From: Octopus vulgaris
Taxonomy: Eukaryota
Length of the DNA: 64,000 bases
Direction of reading: 5' to 3'
Assembly: GCA_951406725.2 (NCBI GenBank)
Contig: OX597816.1
Coordinates: 92,752,001-92,816,000 of the forward strand
In this document: piece after piece, positions 38,249-51,577 of the stretch
Layout: the number at the start of each line of letters is the position of its first letter
Numbering within the stretch: the stretch's first letter is position 1
Position numbers and translations under genes: made by a program
Notes under the pieces: generated by a model
The model's input: the letters and a program-made list of their open reading frames with translations, nothing else
Databases searched by the model: none
What the model was told of the DNA's origin: nothing

Positions 38249-38529
38249 CTGGCACTTCGTCGGTTACGACGACGAGGGTTCTAGTTGATCGGATCAACGG
38301 AACAACCTGCTCGTGGAATTAACGTGCAAGTAGCTCTCAGGGAGAGTCAGCATCACACAGAATGCAGCCCTTTGAAATGCAGGCACTTCTCAATTATGCT
38401 AGCAGGGTGACCAGGAGCAAACGTGAAATAAAGTATGTTACTCAAGGACATAATGCGCCGCCTTGAATCGAACTCACGACCTTATTATCGTGAATCGAAT
38501 ACCCTAACTACTAAACCGCGCGCCTTTAC
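38249..38529 (-). mobile_element. tRNA-derived SINE of the second family, internally deleted
   Basis: Minus-strand head with gagttcgattc B box and ccttgagtaa; tail with perfect tcgtcg-N4-cgacga hairpin. Confidence 0.8.
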
Positions 38530-38617
38530 TGAAATACATGCATATATACACACACATACACGCATATATTATATATACAAACGTGTGTATGTGCATGTAC
38601 ATGTGCGTGTGTGTGTT

Positions 38618-38675
<58 letters not shown>

Positions 38676-39149
38676 CAAAGTTTCGGCTTGCTTGCTTTCA
38701 TCAGACTGTGCTTTAGGTTCTTTCTGGCTATATAATAACTTTCGGCAAGTTGATTTTTCAGGTAGAAGGAGCATAGTGAAAATGATTTTTAGGCGTTGGT
38801 GAGCTACGCCAAGGAACTAGGCGTACAGGATGAAGATAGACGAGGATAGAATGAAATTCCTGCGTCTGCAGCGTGTGAGTTGATAAAAAGTTCCTCTAAC
38901 GAGATGGTTTCTAGTTTGATGTGCGTAAGCGTATGCTTATGTGTTTGGCTGTGTATATCTATTGGTATCATACATGTAAATACGTCTATTTGTCTTTCTC
39001 TATGTATGAATGTATATTCATACATACGTATGTACATACATACATACATACATACATACATACATACAATCATACAATCATACATGCATACATGTAGATA
39101 TACATGTTGGTGTGTGAGTGTATATGCAAGGTGTTTTGTGATATGTATA

Positions 39150-39459
39150 TTCTCTTCTACTTTTAATCATTTGAAGTCAGTCTTCCTTACAGGAAGATCC
39201 GTCATTGAAATGTAGATGACAAATACAGTATCACATTTTGAACATGAGAAACATTTTGCATATTTTTACTGTTTCACCTATGGGTTTTATTTTTAATTTG
39301 CTTGTCAGCTGGTTGATCTCTTTTTTTTCCCCCACCTTTTACTGATAGTTACTAAAGCATTTACTCACAAGTCCAAGTGCACCAATTATTATTGGTATAA
39401 ATGTGAACTTATATTCTGGGTAGCAAAGCAGAAGGTTTCAAAGCAGCTGTCCAGTTATC

Positions 39460-39524
<65 letters not shown>

Positions 39525-40330
39525 TTTCGAAGAGATATTTGCATCAACAGGACAACTGACCTTATGATTCTGCATACATTTTATCTCTGTCCCAAATATC
39601 TGGCCTATTCTGTTTGCTTTTGATAGAAGATTTGATAGGTATTTTCCACCATCTAGTGTTGATGCTTATATATTCAGTAACAGAGGCATTCTCTACATGG
39701 ACGATATCTTCTGTTGTTTTTTTGGGGGGGTTTTTTGCGGCATCATAGGATCAAATCATATCGCACTAGGAGATGGCATTTTGATGACATTTTTGTGCAG
39801 CTGCTGATCACATGTGTGATGTCTTCTACAGAAATGTGACATAGTCGACATTTTCAGTTGCATTTAAGGATTCTAATTACTTCACTGTCTCTTTTCTTCG
39901 TGGAGCATTTTGTAGAAATCTCTTGCTCTTGGATTACAAATGGATAAGTGAAGTGATAATGATGTGTAGTGGTCACAAATTCAAGGAAGGCTCCACTTCA
40001 TGTTGATACTACCAAGTCTTCTTTGTTTTGGGGTTGGATCATTGCTGATTATTGTATATTATCTTTCAGGTATTTGCTATACTCTAAGTATATAAGAATC
40101 ATTCTAACATTAGCACGGGGCTAAAAATTGGATGTAGAGAGAGAACATTTGACGATTTCTCAGTGTTAGAAGTGGCGGATTCATTGTTATTTCATATTTT
40201 CTCTTTAGTATCAGTCATCGTTCAGTTATATATATGGATTCTTGTATCTGTCATGTGATTGGGTCGACGGCATGCTGAATAATATAAAAGTCATATCGAC
40301 ACACGAACACGTGATAGAGAATCGATGTAA
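39150..40330 (-). mobile_element. R4/Dong-like LINE 3' part: CCHC finger and restriction-like endonuclease, degenerate
   Basis: IQEQEISTK, KCRLCHISVEDITHVISSC, NRPDIWD, VSCPVDANISSKI, YPEYKFTFIPIIIGALG, ETVKICKMFL. Confidence 0.9.
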
Positions 40331-40788
40331 TTTCTACATCTCTATATTCTTGTAAATTTTCTTTCTGTTCCCTCAGTTTTAAAGTCAAAGAAACTGAGGC
40401 TAATGACTGGATCTTGGGTTTTAAGATCTAGTCATTAGCCTCGGTCATACTGAAAATTCAGTCATCAAAACCACTCAGACTTTACGAGGTAGTATATTTT
40501 CTTCATTGTGTAGAAATGGGCCCATAGTTAAATTAATTGTATAGCTATTATGAACTAGGTTATTAAAAGCCACTGATTGTTCATTCTTAGTCCAAAGTTG
40601 CTTCTTTAGTTTATATTGGTAACAGGCTTTAATGTCCTTGACGTTAATTTGTGTTTGACATTTACTCCTCTACACAACACCCTCACTTGCCCCAAAATTG
40701 ATACGCTTTAAAAATAGCAGAAACTGATTTCTAAGTTTTAAATGGTGACCAAGCCGGTGACCGATGTCATGGAGTCAAAGTCAATCTA

Positions 40789-40995
40789 CTGAAAAGTTCC
40801 AGGCTTAAAAGGTATCCCGAAAGGCCTGGTTGGAGCCCCAACATTCAGAGTTCTTTGACAGGGCTTAGAAAAACTGAAGGGCCCCTGCAATAAGTATGTG
40901 AATGTGAGAGGGGAATATGTTGAATAATATCATAATGAACTGACTCGCCTGCGTTTTCTTTTATCCAAATCCAGGAACTTTTCAGCATACCCTCA
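40789..40995 (+). mobile_element. Mariner-derived MITE, copy 3 (opposite orientation to copies 1 and 2)
   Basis: ctgaaaagttccaggctt ... ccaggaacttttcagcataccctca; ttgacagggctt...gagggaatatgttgaataa is a degenerate LTGL..L....NK.VN.RGEYVE* transposase end. Confidence 0.85.
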
Positions 40996-43900
40996 TATAT
41001 GAACACAAGAAATACACATGTCTCTGAAGTCAACAGAAAAGTTAATAACAAAGTAAAAAGAATACCTTAGGCATTTAAAAATAAGGTAGTAAAGACTTTT
41101 CAAGTCGTCGCAATGGAAAAATGTTAGTGACCAGGCTGAAATAGTGTCATAAAAAAATTAACAGTTTTTAAAATAAGTTAAATTATATTCAAAATAAAAT
41201 TAACAACTTTGTGTGTTATCAAATGGTTCTTTTCGATGGCAAATTTCTCCACTAAGCGAATATAGATTTAGTTTATCAAGCAGAATAAACCAGAGAATAT
41301 GTATTATCTATTAGATGGGACAAAATGAGTTATTGCTACAAAAGTATATGTATTCCTATACGTACATACACTGCTGATTTAACAGCAATACATTCATGCT
41401 CTCCACTTATGATTCTCTGCTATTAATTATTTCTCTCCCTATTGACGCTTTCTTGCGTTTTATACTCCCCATGCTACAATGTCTCAACAATAGCAGGTTT
41501 GTAGATTGTATTCCGTTAGTGTCTGCAATCGATTCTGTCGATTTCGTTTTGACTGCTTGAGTGGAACTATATCTCAGTTTTCTCTAAGTACTAGTTAATT
41601 TTGTATGTTAGCATTCATAAATACATCAATTATGCGCCAACAGTAAATAGATAACATCAGTGCCGCATAATCTGTCAATAAAATGAGTTTATAACCTCAG
41701 TAAATCAACTTGCAAAGTTTATACTTAGTGTACTTTGTATGAAATCGGATTTTAAAGTTACTAATTTTAAAAAGGTTTATCTAAATTTCAGCACGGCTTC
41801 TCTCATTAGCAAATCAAGCAAATGTTCAGCTATTTAATATTCCTAAATACTTGTTTATCAGTTTAGGTAAAAAAAATTACTGTATAGTCAACCACAATCT
41901 ACATAGATATATATAAATAAAAAAAACAGAGGAAACGAATTCTTTCACGAGTTGATCACATTGGTATGGATATTACTTTCTTAGCGACAACATAGCCTAT
42001 TTTATCAATAGACAAATGTCTTCTTTTTTAACTTGGCATCTTATATTTTAGATAATGATAAATACAAAGTGGAGAGACCAATTGGTTAAGTTGATAGTCT
42101 ATCAGACTGCCGTTCAAAAGTTTGAGGTTTTGATCTGTTACCAGTAACACAATGAGGGAGGGGATACCAAAGATCTTAATTTGCAAAAAGCTTCACGGGC
42201 ACTTAATTGAAAATTAGTATTATTTACAGATGCTGTAAGCAGTGGGAACACTATATACTTGACTAATACTTTGATAGCTTGTAGTTTTGATTTGAAAACC
42301 CCTAATGGCTATCGCTATAAAAAGCTACAGAAAGAACTGTGAAGTGAAAATTTTTAATTATGATATAAACCCAAAATATGGATTCAGTTTTTTTTTAATG
42401 AAAATTATTACATTTTCCAAATGCATTAAGAGGCACAGTTGCAGAGAAGTAACTTTAACTTTTAATTGAAACTGGCTCTTGTACTCAGCTAATGGAAGTA
42501 TTGTCTCCAGTTTGATCACGCTGGCAATATTACTAAATATGCAGTACAATAGAAATCCTAGTGACGTTATCTTTCAAATTCTGTAAGTTATTCATTGCCT
42601 TAAGTTTACACTGCTTCACTGAAACGTGTTCCGTTATAATCATGCTACACAACTAAACATCGCTGCGTAGTATTTCCCTAAAGCATCCCGCAGTTCTGTG
42701 GTTGATATACTGCATTCTATTATTATCATACAATATTATTTAATTGTCGTAGCCATAAAGCTGCCTGCGCACCTGCATTGTGACTTCCAGCTTTATAATA
42801 TCGTACATTGCTTTATGGTAATCATCTTTCGTGCTTTGTTTTTCATTGTGCTATGTCTGGCGGTCAGTAAAGCTTACCTAGTTTGTACTTAGACCAAATA
42901 TATCGCTATGACGATGACATATTCTGTGTAATTGGAATCTGCGTTCAATGTAGTATTCTGTGTGTAATGATCAATACAAGAAATCTACAGTACCCCACAT
43001 TCTGTTTGTAGTCATACAACGCTGCTCTACACTTTTACGAACATATTTTTTTATGTTTTGATGAGCTCGGATAGCTAATACTATGCTCCTTGTCTTGAAG
43101 TATCATACTATATTGAGATCAGTATATTACTTTCCCTTGTGTGTAGTTATTGCGTTATATAATGTTGTGGTCAGTAGATCGTTTGGGTTAACACTTTGAC
43201 GATAACATACTGATATTTCTACTCACTGTTTGAAGATATTCTCAGTTATTGAATTACATATTTCTGAAGAATTTTACGTCCACAAAACCTCTTTTACATC
43301 TTCAACAGTTTTTGATTAAAGCCAAATGTGAAAAATGAAAACCATTCATGCATGGTTTTCCGTACATGAAATTCTATGTGCAACTCATTCATGCATACTC
43401 TTCGCTCCGTTTAATCAAATCCTCCATTTCCGTTAAAACTAACATCTCCTGTCCATGCCCACTTGGCTTGAAGTTAAGGAATCTTCTTAGTTTCGGAAAT
43501 TCTCTGTTCATGCAAGAAAATATGAAGTATTTCTGGTTTTCTTTCTCAGTGTTTAGATAATCCAGTCGAAATAGAAATATTTCGATAATAATGTTAAACT
43601 GGAGTACAATAACGATGTGGTGGTGCTTCATCACAATAGTGGTGAGATACCCTTATATGTTGATATCAGCTTGGTGCGTTGCAAGACAAATGCAGGACAA
43701 AGCTAGTCCGCATGGATTACTTGTAACTGAAATACTTTACTTAAGGAAACACTTACAGGCTCTATTTTTCCAAAACCACGTATGGTCATTCTGTTTTCTG
43801 TCTAGCTCTTTACTCTTCATACACGATTATCCTTATGAGTTATCAAAAAAAAATCAATGGGAATTTCTTATTTTTTGTTATACCTTTTCCTTGTTTTTTT

Positions 43901-44802
43901 CTTCCATTTACATTCCCTTTCATCCTTACCTGCTACTGCTCTCTTGGATATATTGGCTTCCACTTATTGAAACGAGAAAAAGAATCATACTAAATATTTT
44001 AGAGTAAACTTAATTTATGGAATTTTATGGAATATATGTAATTTACAAGACATTGGGTCATATTCTTTAAAAGAGTAGAGTGGAAACCTAAGAAGAGTCT
44101 TCTGATAGCATTTTAAATTCAATAACATAAACCAAGACAAACTCTGTCTCGCTTGGGATAAACATTGAAAGGATTTTTCTTTAAATTTGCAAACTAGCTA
44201 CATTAAACTTCTAATATCCTTTAATCAAATCATAAATAAATAAGATCACTGGTGGTGTCCCAGCATAACTACGGATTGAAGTGCATAAAAGAATAAAGAT
44301 GTATTTTATATTCACCAGGCGGTTTTTCAATATATTTTTCTACATGCGTACTTATCATAACGAAAAGGATAAACAAAAATCGTATATTAAGAGTAGCATT
44401 TAGGATTCATGTTCTACTGATATTATTTTTGTAACGAAATCTTACGAGTCACGGTTTTAGAATTTCATGTTTAATTATTGGGTACTAACTTGAAAAAGGC
44501 TGTGGAACCACGTACTAGACATTTTCAGAAAGCATCCACACAACAATTAATTATCTACAATTTTCAAAAGAATATTTTATTAAAGGAATATTACATTGGA
44601 CGTTGAATTTTCAAAAAAAAAGAGCAAATAACGAAAAAAACAATTAAAAAATGTCATCTTTTCTAATAATGTTGATTCGTAGAAATGAAAATAAAAGGTA
44701 GCCAATTCGGATAGAAAATATTTTGCCAATAAAGACTGCCAGATTTGAAAGATACAGCTTCCTGTGTTTTACTTCCAGTTGGCGAGAGTATGTGTAAATG
44801 TG

Positions 44803-44858
<56 letters not shown>

Positions 44859-46072
44859 GGGGGTCTGTCTGTCTGTCTGCAACTGTATGTATATGTGTGT
44901 GTTTGTGGAATATTTTGTCCAAGAATTGATTTTCTTGAACACATATGAAGATAAATAAGACTGCGTTTTATAATTCATCCGATATGAAATCTGTACCATA
45001 GTCAGCTATTTTGCTTGCAGTCAAATTTTGTCTTCTGAATAAATACAGCAGATTTTCACTTCGAGTAAAAGAGTTCGGATACTGATTAAGACTTTATCTT
45101 CGGATTCCTTGAAAATTTGGCTAAACATATAAAACTCGACGAACCACAGATCTAACTAGGAAAGGCTGGGGACTCCACATCTGAGGAGACATCATTCTAT
45201 ATAAACTAAATGCATTTCAATGTTTGGTGTGTTCTATACAAGAAAACTGAATCAAATTGTGATGAAGCTAATTTAGGTAATGATCCTTGCAACGATAACA
45301 ACGAGTTTGAAGACACATCCGATAGTGATTATCAAATGAATATGGTAATAATTATATCGATCTATTGCAAACTGAACATTCCATTAGTCTCCTATTGCAG
45401 TAGACTCTTCCGCTGAAGGACATTTTAGCTTTCACAATATCATCCAAAACGGGAATACATTTGTCGGTTCATTTCGTAGGCCTCCAACAAAGAAATGAAG
45501 TATTTCAGACATATATTGTCAAAAAAACTCTTCCTTTGTACAATTCTTACAATTTTCGTTGAAGCAGAGAAAGCTTTTCAAAAATATTTTTCGGCAGAGC
45601 TCTTTGTTACAAAATTGCCACCAAGTTTCTGCGGCAATATCATCAACAATGTCTGACGCAATGCTATTAATCTCTAATATTATTTGTATTCAAGAGTTCT
45701 TTTTTTCTGTACAAGTATACATGTTTTTAATGGAATAAACGTCAATGTTAGAGATTCTTGTTATCTACTGCCAAAACCTCTAAATCAGTAAATGAGGAAA
45801 TTAAAAGACAGGAGAAAAATTAAAGGTGGGATCTATTCTCATGAAATTCTCAGAAACCTGGAAATATTTTTTGTTCCATACTCGAGATTTCCGGAGAACG
45901 ATGTGTTCCCGGAAAAATGAGAAGCTCTCGTACAAGAAAGGCTTTCTGGATGTATTTTACATCATAAATTTAACTCTGTATCTGATAATGAGTACTCTTT
46001 CTTCCACTCGTTACCACTACAGGTATTATCCTTGTGTGTGTGTTATCAGTGTATGAATGTATCTTAAAAACT

Positions 46073-46129
<57 letters not shown>

Positions 46130-46188
46130 AACACGCACACTCACACACAAACTCATGCATCTACTTATATCGTCACCTACCTTCCTAC

Positions 46189-46240
<52 letters not shown>

Positions 46241-47794
46241 ATGCGTGTCTTTCTCTATATGTACAAACACATACACACACATATACTCAGAGCGAGGGGT
46301 CGATAGATAGATAGATAGATATACATATACATATACATATCTGCATATACATGTATGTGATTTGTATATTCACTTACATACTTTTTTAATTGATTAAAAG
46401 GGTTAGATATAATTTTTTTTATATTTTGCGGTTTAGTCATCAACAATAACAACGAAGGAAAATCTCATTATGGAAATTTTTACTGGAATTGTTAAATTTT
46501 TCCCAGTTCAGAATTCTTGAAGCATATCAAAAATATTCAATATAAAATTTGACTTGAAAAATCGAAAAAGTATATTCCTTCAGTTAAATTTATTTGATGG
46601 TTTTCTTTCAGATGGTTGCATATATAATGGTAGAATGACTACTTCACATTGTCTTTCTTTCAGTACATACAGTTTGTTTTTAAATCTTCACGTTCTTCTC
46701 TTTTGTTGTTTACCACTTTTGTCTATTCTGGTGAAGAATTCACGTCTAATCCTCTTTGTTTCTAAATCCTCAGTTTTAAATAACTTGATACTATTTTCGA
46801 TCATGGTGTTTTTCTATAATGAGATTTATTGTTAACCTGAGCAAAGTTCTTGGTGAAATTCACCTCATTGAGAAAACTATTTAAAAAAATAAACAAGCTC
46901 TAAAAAAAGTATTTGATTATATCTGTTGTGGATTATACAGCGTTATCGAGAATATACTACAGTATTTAACAGAACGACTTCAGTTTAAATTAAAGTCTGG
47001 ATGAATTCAACCTTTACTTCGTTGTTGGATATTCAATACTATATCAATTATGGAGTCCTACTTTGAAACTTATTCTGGGTTAATTGTGTTCCTCTTCATG
47101 TTATCAAATGAAACTTTTGCAATGTTTCATAATTGATAGTTGTCAATTAATTAGTCGATAGCTTTCAAGAATCACAGGTGCAGCTAATTATCTTTAGGAT
47201 AACATGCTATTTATCACAGGTAATTTACCTAGAAAACTTCAATTTTGATAAACTAAAGCGAAATAGAGAAAAGCATTAAGTACTGAGATAACACTTTATA
47301 GGTTTAAGTTTGCATCTGCTGCAAATTTCCCTCTTTCTCTATACAATACATTTCGCTTTATTTTAACTAGATGGAGTTAAAATAAAATTAATTGCCAATA
47401 CGGTTATTGAAATATTTTGTTGTAATTTTAAAATCAACAAACACCAATCTATCATTTTAGAGTAATTTCACTCTCAATCACAATTCTAATTACCTCCCTT
47501 GATCGATCCCATTCAAAATACGTCTGATTACCTTCGCTAAAATATCTCAATCTATGTTTAAATCTTAGCAAATGTGGTTAGTTTCCTTTAAGTGAAAGCC
47601 ATTTGAATCGTCTTTCATTTAGCATTTCTTATGAAAGAGATTTATTTCCTTTATCACTTTTGCTACCAAACACTTTGAACACGTTATACCCCATCTTCTT
47701 TGCTGTAGAACTCTGCATGTTGTTTGGAAGCTATGAGATTATAAATGCTGCTGATACTTTTTGTGTTGCTTGCATTTGTCTGGGATGAGAAATA

Positions 47795-48015
47795 ACTGTT
47801 GTTTACCCCCAAAGTCTAATCTTGATTGAGTAGATCTGTGATGTAAAATATACCAACCATGACTATCACGTCTTCCTTCTATGCATAGTGTTGTCCGTGC
47901 TACATTATCCAGTGTATGTCATCTTTTTAAAGGACTATAGAAATGATTAGAGTGGGGTTTATTTGCTTTCTCTTACTAGCTGAACGACCACATAAAGATT
48001 CCTTCTTTGACTCAC
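47795..48015. mobile_element. Old interspersed repeat (SINE-like); related copies near 28010-28240 (inverted) and 49030-49150
   Basis: Shared gttgttta.cccc...ga.ct.tgat, cattatc.a.t.t.t..c.t.tttt and ctagctg..cga motifs. Confidence 0.45.
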
Positions 48016-48419
48016 GTCAATGTTCCTCTTATGTGGAACGGATGATATTTCACTGAGAACTGAGAAGCGTGTTTTAGAATGATGTTGTAATAGTTATCGT
48101 TACTGTTGGAAATCAGTTTGAGTGCTTTTATTTTTCATGTAATTGCACAAACTGCGAGGGGTGAAGTGTACTGCAATAATGCACAAACTGTTATCTTGCA
48201 TGGCCAGGTGGTCTTAATTTTAGTATTTCTGCCTCACTGTATGTGATCTGTCAAAATCCTCTATATACAACCTGTCATCATATGACGAAGTGAGCTAGTT
48301 CGGAGCCCTTCTAGTTTACTGCGATTTATTATGGAGAAGTTGAGGCCCAAGACGAGCTAGCGCGACACATGATTGCATATTGCATGTACATCATTGCAGT
48401 TGTTTTATTCTGTTAGCTA

Positions 48420-48860
48420 AATGTGATAAATGTGGGTGCTTTTAGTAATTTTGTGCGCTATTTTTTTGTCCTTTCTATTAGCGGTATGTTTATGTTGTTC
48501 GGTGTTATGGTTTGTGATATTTGATAATTTTAGCATGGATTGTAGAGGAATCAGTAGATTTCTTAGGTGTTTCGTTAAGCCAGCTTTGAAACCATGTTTG
48601 TAGATGTTTAGTTCAAGGTGAAAGTAGTTGCACAGCTATATCTGAAGATCAAGAGGGCTGTATGTGACTGAGATGCTATCTGCATATATTTATATATTTT
48701 CAGAAATTGGGAGGTCATGTGGATATAAAATGAATAGAGTGGGTGAGGGATCAATTTTTGTAATGAACTATTTGGAAAAAATGCAAATATTGGAAGTTGT
48801 TTTATTTGTACCTTACTTGGGAGTTAGATTTCCCGATATAATTTGGTTCCGTTTCTCAAA
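48420..48860 (-). mobile_element. Degenerate APE-type LINE RT fragment (clade uncertain)
   Basis: SPTLFILYPHDLPISENI*IYADSISV...LQTWF..KKST follows the SPxLF..Y..Dl...YADD RT pattern. Confidence 0.65.
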
Positions 48861-48974
48861 GTTTTAGCATTTTGTGGATAAATGGGAAGCAACCAAAAGC
48901 TTTTCTGATAGTAGGTAGAACGGTGTGCATGTGATGCAATGCGTGTGTGTGTATGCGTGTGTATGTGTGCGTGT

Positions 48975-49008
<34 letters not shown>

Positions 49009-49920
49009 TCGTGTATGTAAGAAGGTGCTACCAACAAGTTAGTTCAGACAGAAAAGACTTATGATCAAATCCGTTCCAACATTTACGATCCCATTTTTGT
49101 ACCTCTAGGACTTCATTATCTAATATATTCTTCCGTTTTTTTAAAAAAAAATAGGTACACAGAGCGAACAGTCATGTTGGAGAAACCGTTACGTATCACC
49201 TATGACTGGTTCAGGAATAGTTTGGTAGATGAGAGAAATGGTTTGAAGCAGTTTTTCTTTTGTTTTGTTTGGTTTTAGAGATGATAATAATGAGTTAGTG
49301 ATATTTAGGGTATGTCATTCTAAAATGTTGAGGTATGCTTAATCGAAATGTAATAAGAAATTTCAGGTGTCTAGTGTTGTATAAATATTTTCCATAAACT
49401 TCTGCAGCGTGAACATAACGGGTGTGATGATGTCCTCAGGCTGTCTTAAATTAATGGCATATAATCGCGCATATGCTCGCAGAAACAACCTGAAGGTACT
49501 AGTCTCTTACTTCCACGTCTGCAATGTACTATGTGAACAGTACAACAAAGTGCGTAAGCTTAAACTTGGTCTACGAAGACTTACGTAAAGGAGTGTCATT
49601 CCACAGACTCATCCTATCATACTTGTAGAAATGCTGAGTTTTGTTTGTCATATTAGTTCAGGACCGTGAAAGGGAGAATAACCCTGATGTTCATTTACAT
49701 CCGTTCACTTAATAATAGTTGTGACTAGTTTGGAAACGGAGAAAGAAAGAGGAAATATCTGAAGCCTGAAAGGGAGGAATTAAGTGAAACAGAGAGAAGA
49801 AAAGAAGTAAGATAACATTAAATATAAGGAACAAAAATATAAGAAAACAAGACTGATACATAGACAGATGGTCAGAAAGACATTGCGATGAATAGATTAA
49901 CGGAAAGCTAGAGAGATAAC

Positions 49921-50004
<84 letters not shown>

Positions 50005-50005
50005 G
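49921..50005. repeat. (GATA)n microsatellite
   Basis: Directly visible. Confidence 0.95.
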
Positions 50006-50498
50006 TAGGTAGGTAAGGGAATATAGATGGATAAAAACAAAGGCTAATTGAGGTATGGTAAGACATGAACAAAGTGGGCGTGATCTGAAGAATATGGCAT
50101 GAGAAGTGAAATGTGAAGAAATAATCGCTAAGTTTAATGTCAGATGTATGAAGTGCAGTGTCGGCATTCTATTATTTATAATGTGCAAATGCCAAAGTGC
50201 TATTGTCAATCTGCTGTACCTTCAAGGTGGTTCGGACTAAGATCTCAAGATTTAGTTTTGTTTGTATTTTCATTTACCGAATATTTCCTATTTTGAAAGA
50301 GGAACTAGATATCATATTGCCTCTAGGGCGTCAATATTATCATTTTCTCAGTAGCATCTAAATTACAATTTTGCTACATGCCTTCTATAGTATAAATTTT
50401 TCAGTATTTTCTATTCCACAGTATCACAAGAGGCCAGTTCTTTCATGCATATACGCATACATACATACACACACACATACATACATACACACACACAT

Positions 50499-50533
<35 letters not shown>

Positions 50534-50543
50534 TATACATATA

Positions 50544-51577
50544 TAAGGTCATCCTATAAATAATGCGTTTTTTTTTCAATTGCATGAACTAAAAGATGGA
50601 GGGGGACGGGATAAACTACCTGCATCAACTTGCTATAAAAGCAGGTAGTAATTTTACTTTGTGAGGTTCGATTTTAACAGCTATTTTTTCAAAGCTATAT
50701 TGAAAGCGACAAAGGAGCACATTCAGCATATTTTGCTTTATGAGTTCAATAAAAGCAATAATGCAACGGAAAGTGCGAGGAATATTACTGAAGTATATGG
50801 GGATAGGACAATAAGCGTAAGCCAGTGTCAACAGTGGTTCCTGAAATTCCGAGCCGGAAACAACAGCCTAGAAGACAAGCCTCGTCCTGGAAGATCTGTA
50901 GAGATCGATGATGACATCCTGCAAACCCTGGTTGAACAAAATTCCATCGCAATTGTTGAGGAACTAGTAGAGAAGCTTGGATTTAGTTATTCAAACCGTT
51001 CAACATCTGCATGCCATCGGAAAAGTCAGTAAATTGGGTCAATGGGTTCCTCACAAACTTTCCGAGTCTAATTGCGCGCAGAGAGTGAATGTGTGCTCTT
51101 CTTTGCTGTCACGTCTCACGAATTAACTTTTTTTTTTTTTGACCGAATAGTCTCTGGTGACGAGAAATGGGTTCTCTATAAAAATGTCAAGCGCCGAAGA
51201 CAGTGGGTAGGGAAAGGAGAAACGCCGGCACCCCAGACTAAAGAAGGTCTTCACCCACGTAAGCTATAGTTATCTGTTGGGTAGGACATGAAAGGTTTAG
51301 TCCACTTTGAACTTTTAAACCCAAACTAAACAATAACTAGGGAGATCTACTGCGAGCAGCTCGAGCAGCTTAAGTCAGCGCTAGAAGAAAATCGACTTTG
51401 TTTTCAAGACGAGAGGTGTTTTTCAATCATGATAATGCTTGGCTACATACACCGAGGATGACATTCCAAAGGCTGGAGCAGTTTGAATGTGAAACGATGC
51501 CCCACCCACGATATACGCCGGACATTGCTCCATCTGATTATCATTTATTCCGCTGTCTTCAAAATCATTTCGACGGA
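50544..51577 (+). mobile_element. Mariner (DD34D) transposon, degenerate, 3' end missing
   Basis: HILLYEFNK..WFLKFRAGNNSLEDKPRPGR, WVPHKL, IVSGDEKWV, HDNA, HPRYTPDIAPSDYHLF; several stops and frameshifts. Confidence 0.95.

Noticed and set aside
38675-38710. Hammerhead-like CUGAUGA...GAAAC on the minus strand
   Set aside because: Stems II and I do not pair adequately; at best a decayed relic.
42230-42585. Exon-like pieces with EHYILD*YFDS resembling the DKCFDS module
   Set aside because: Match too short and disrupted to separate from chance.
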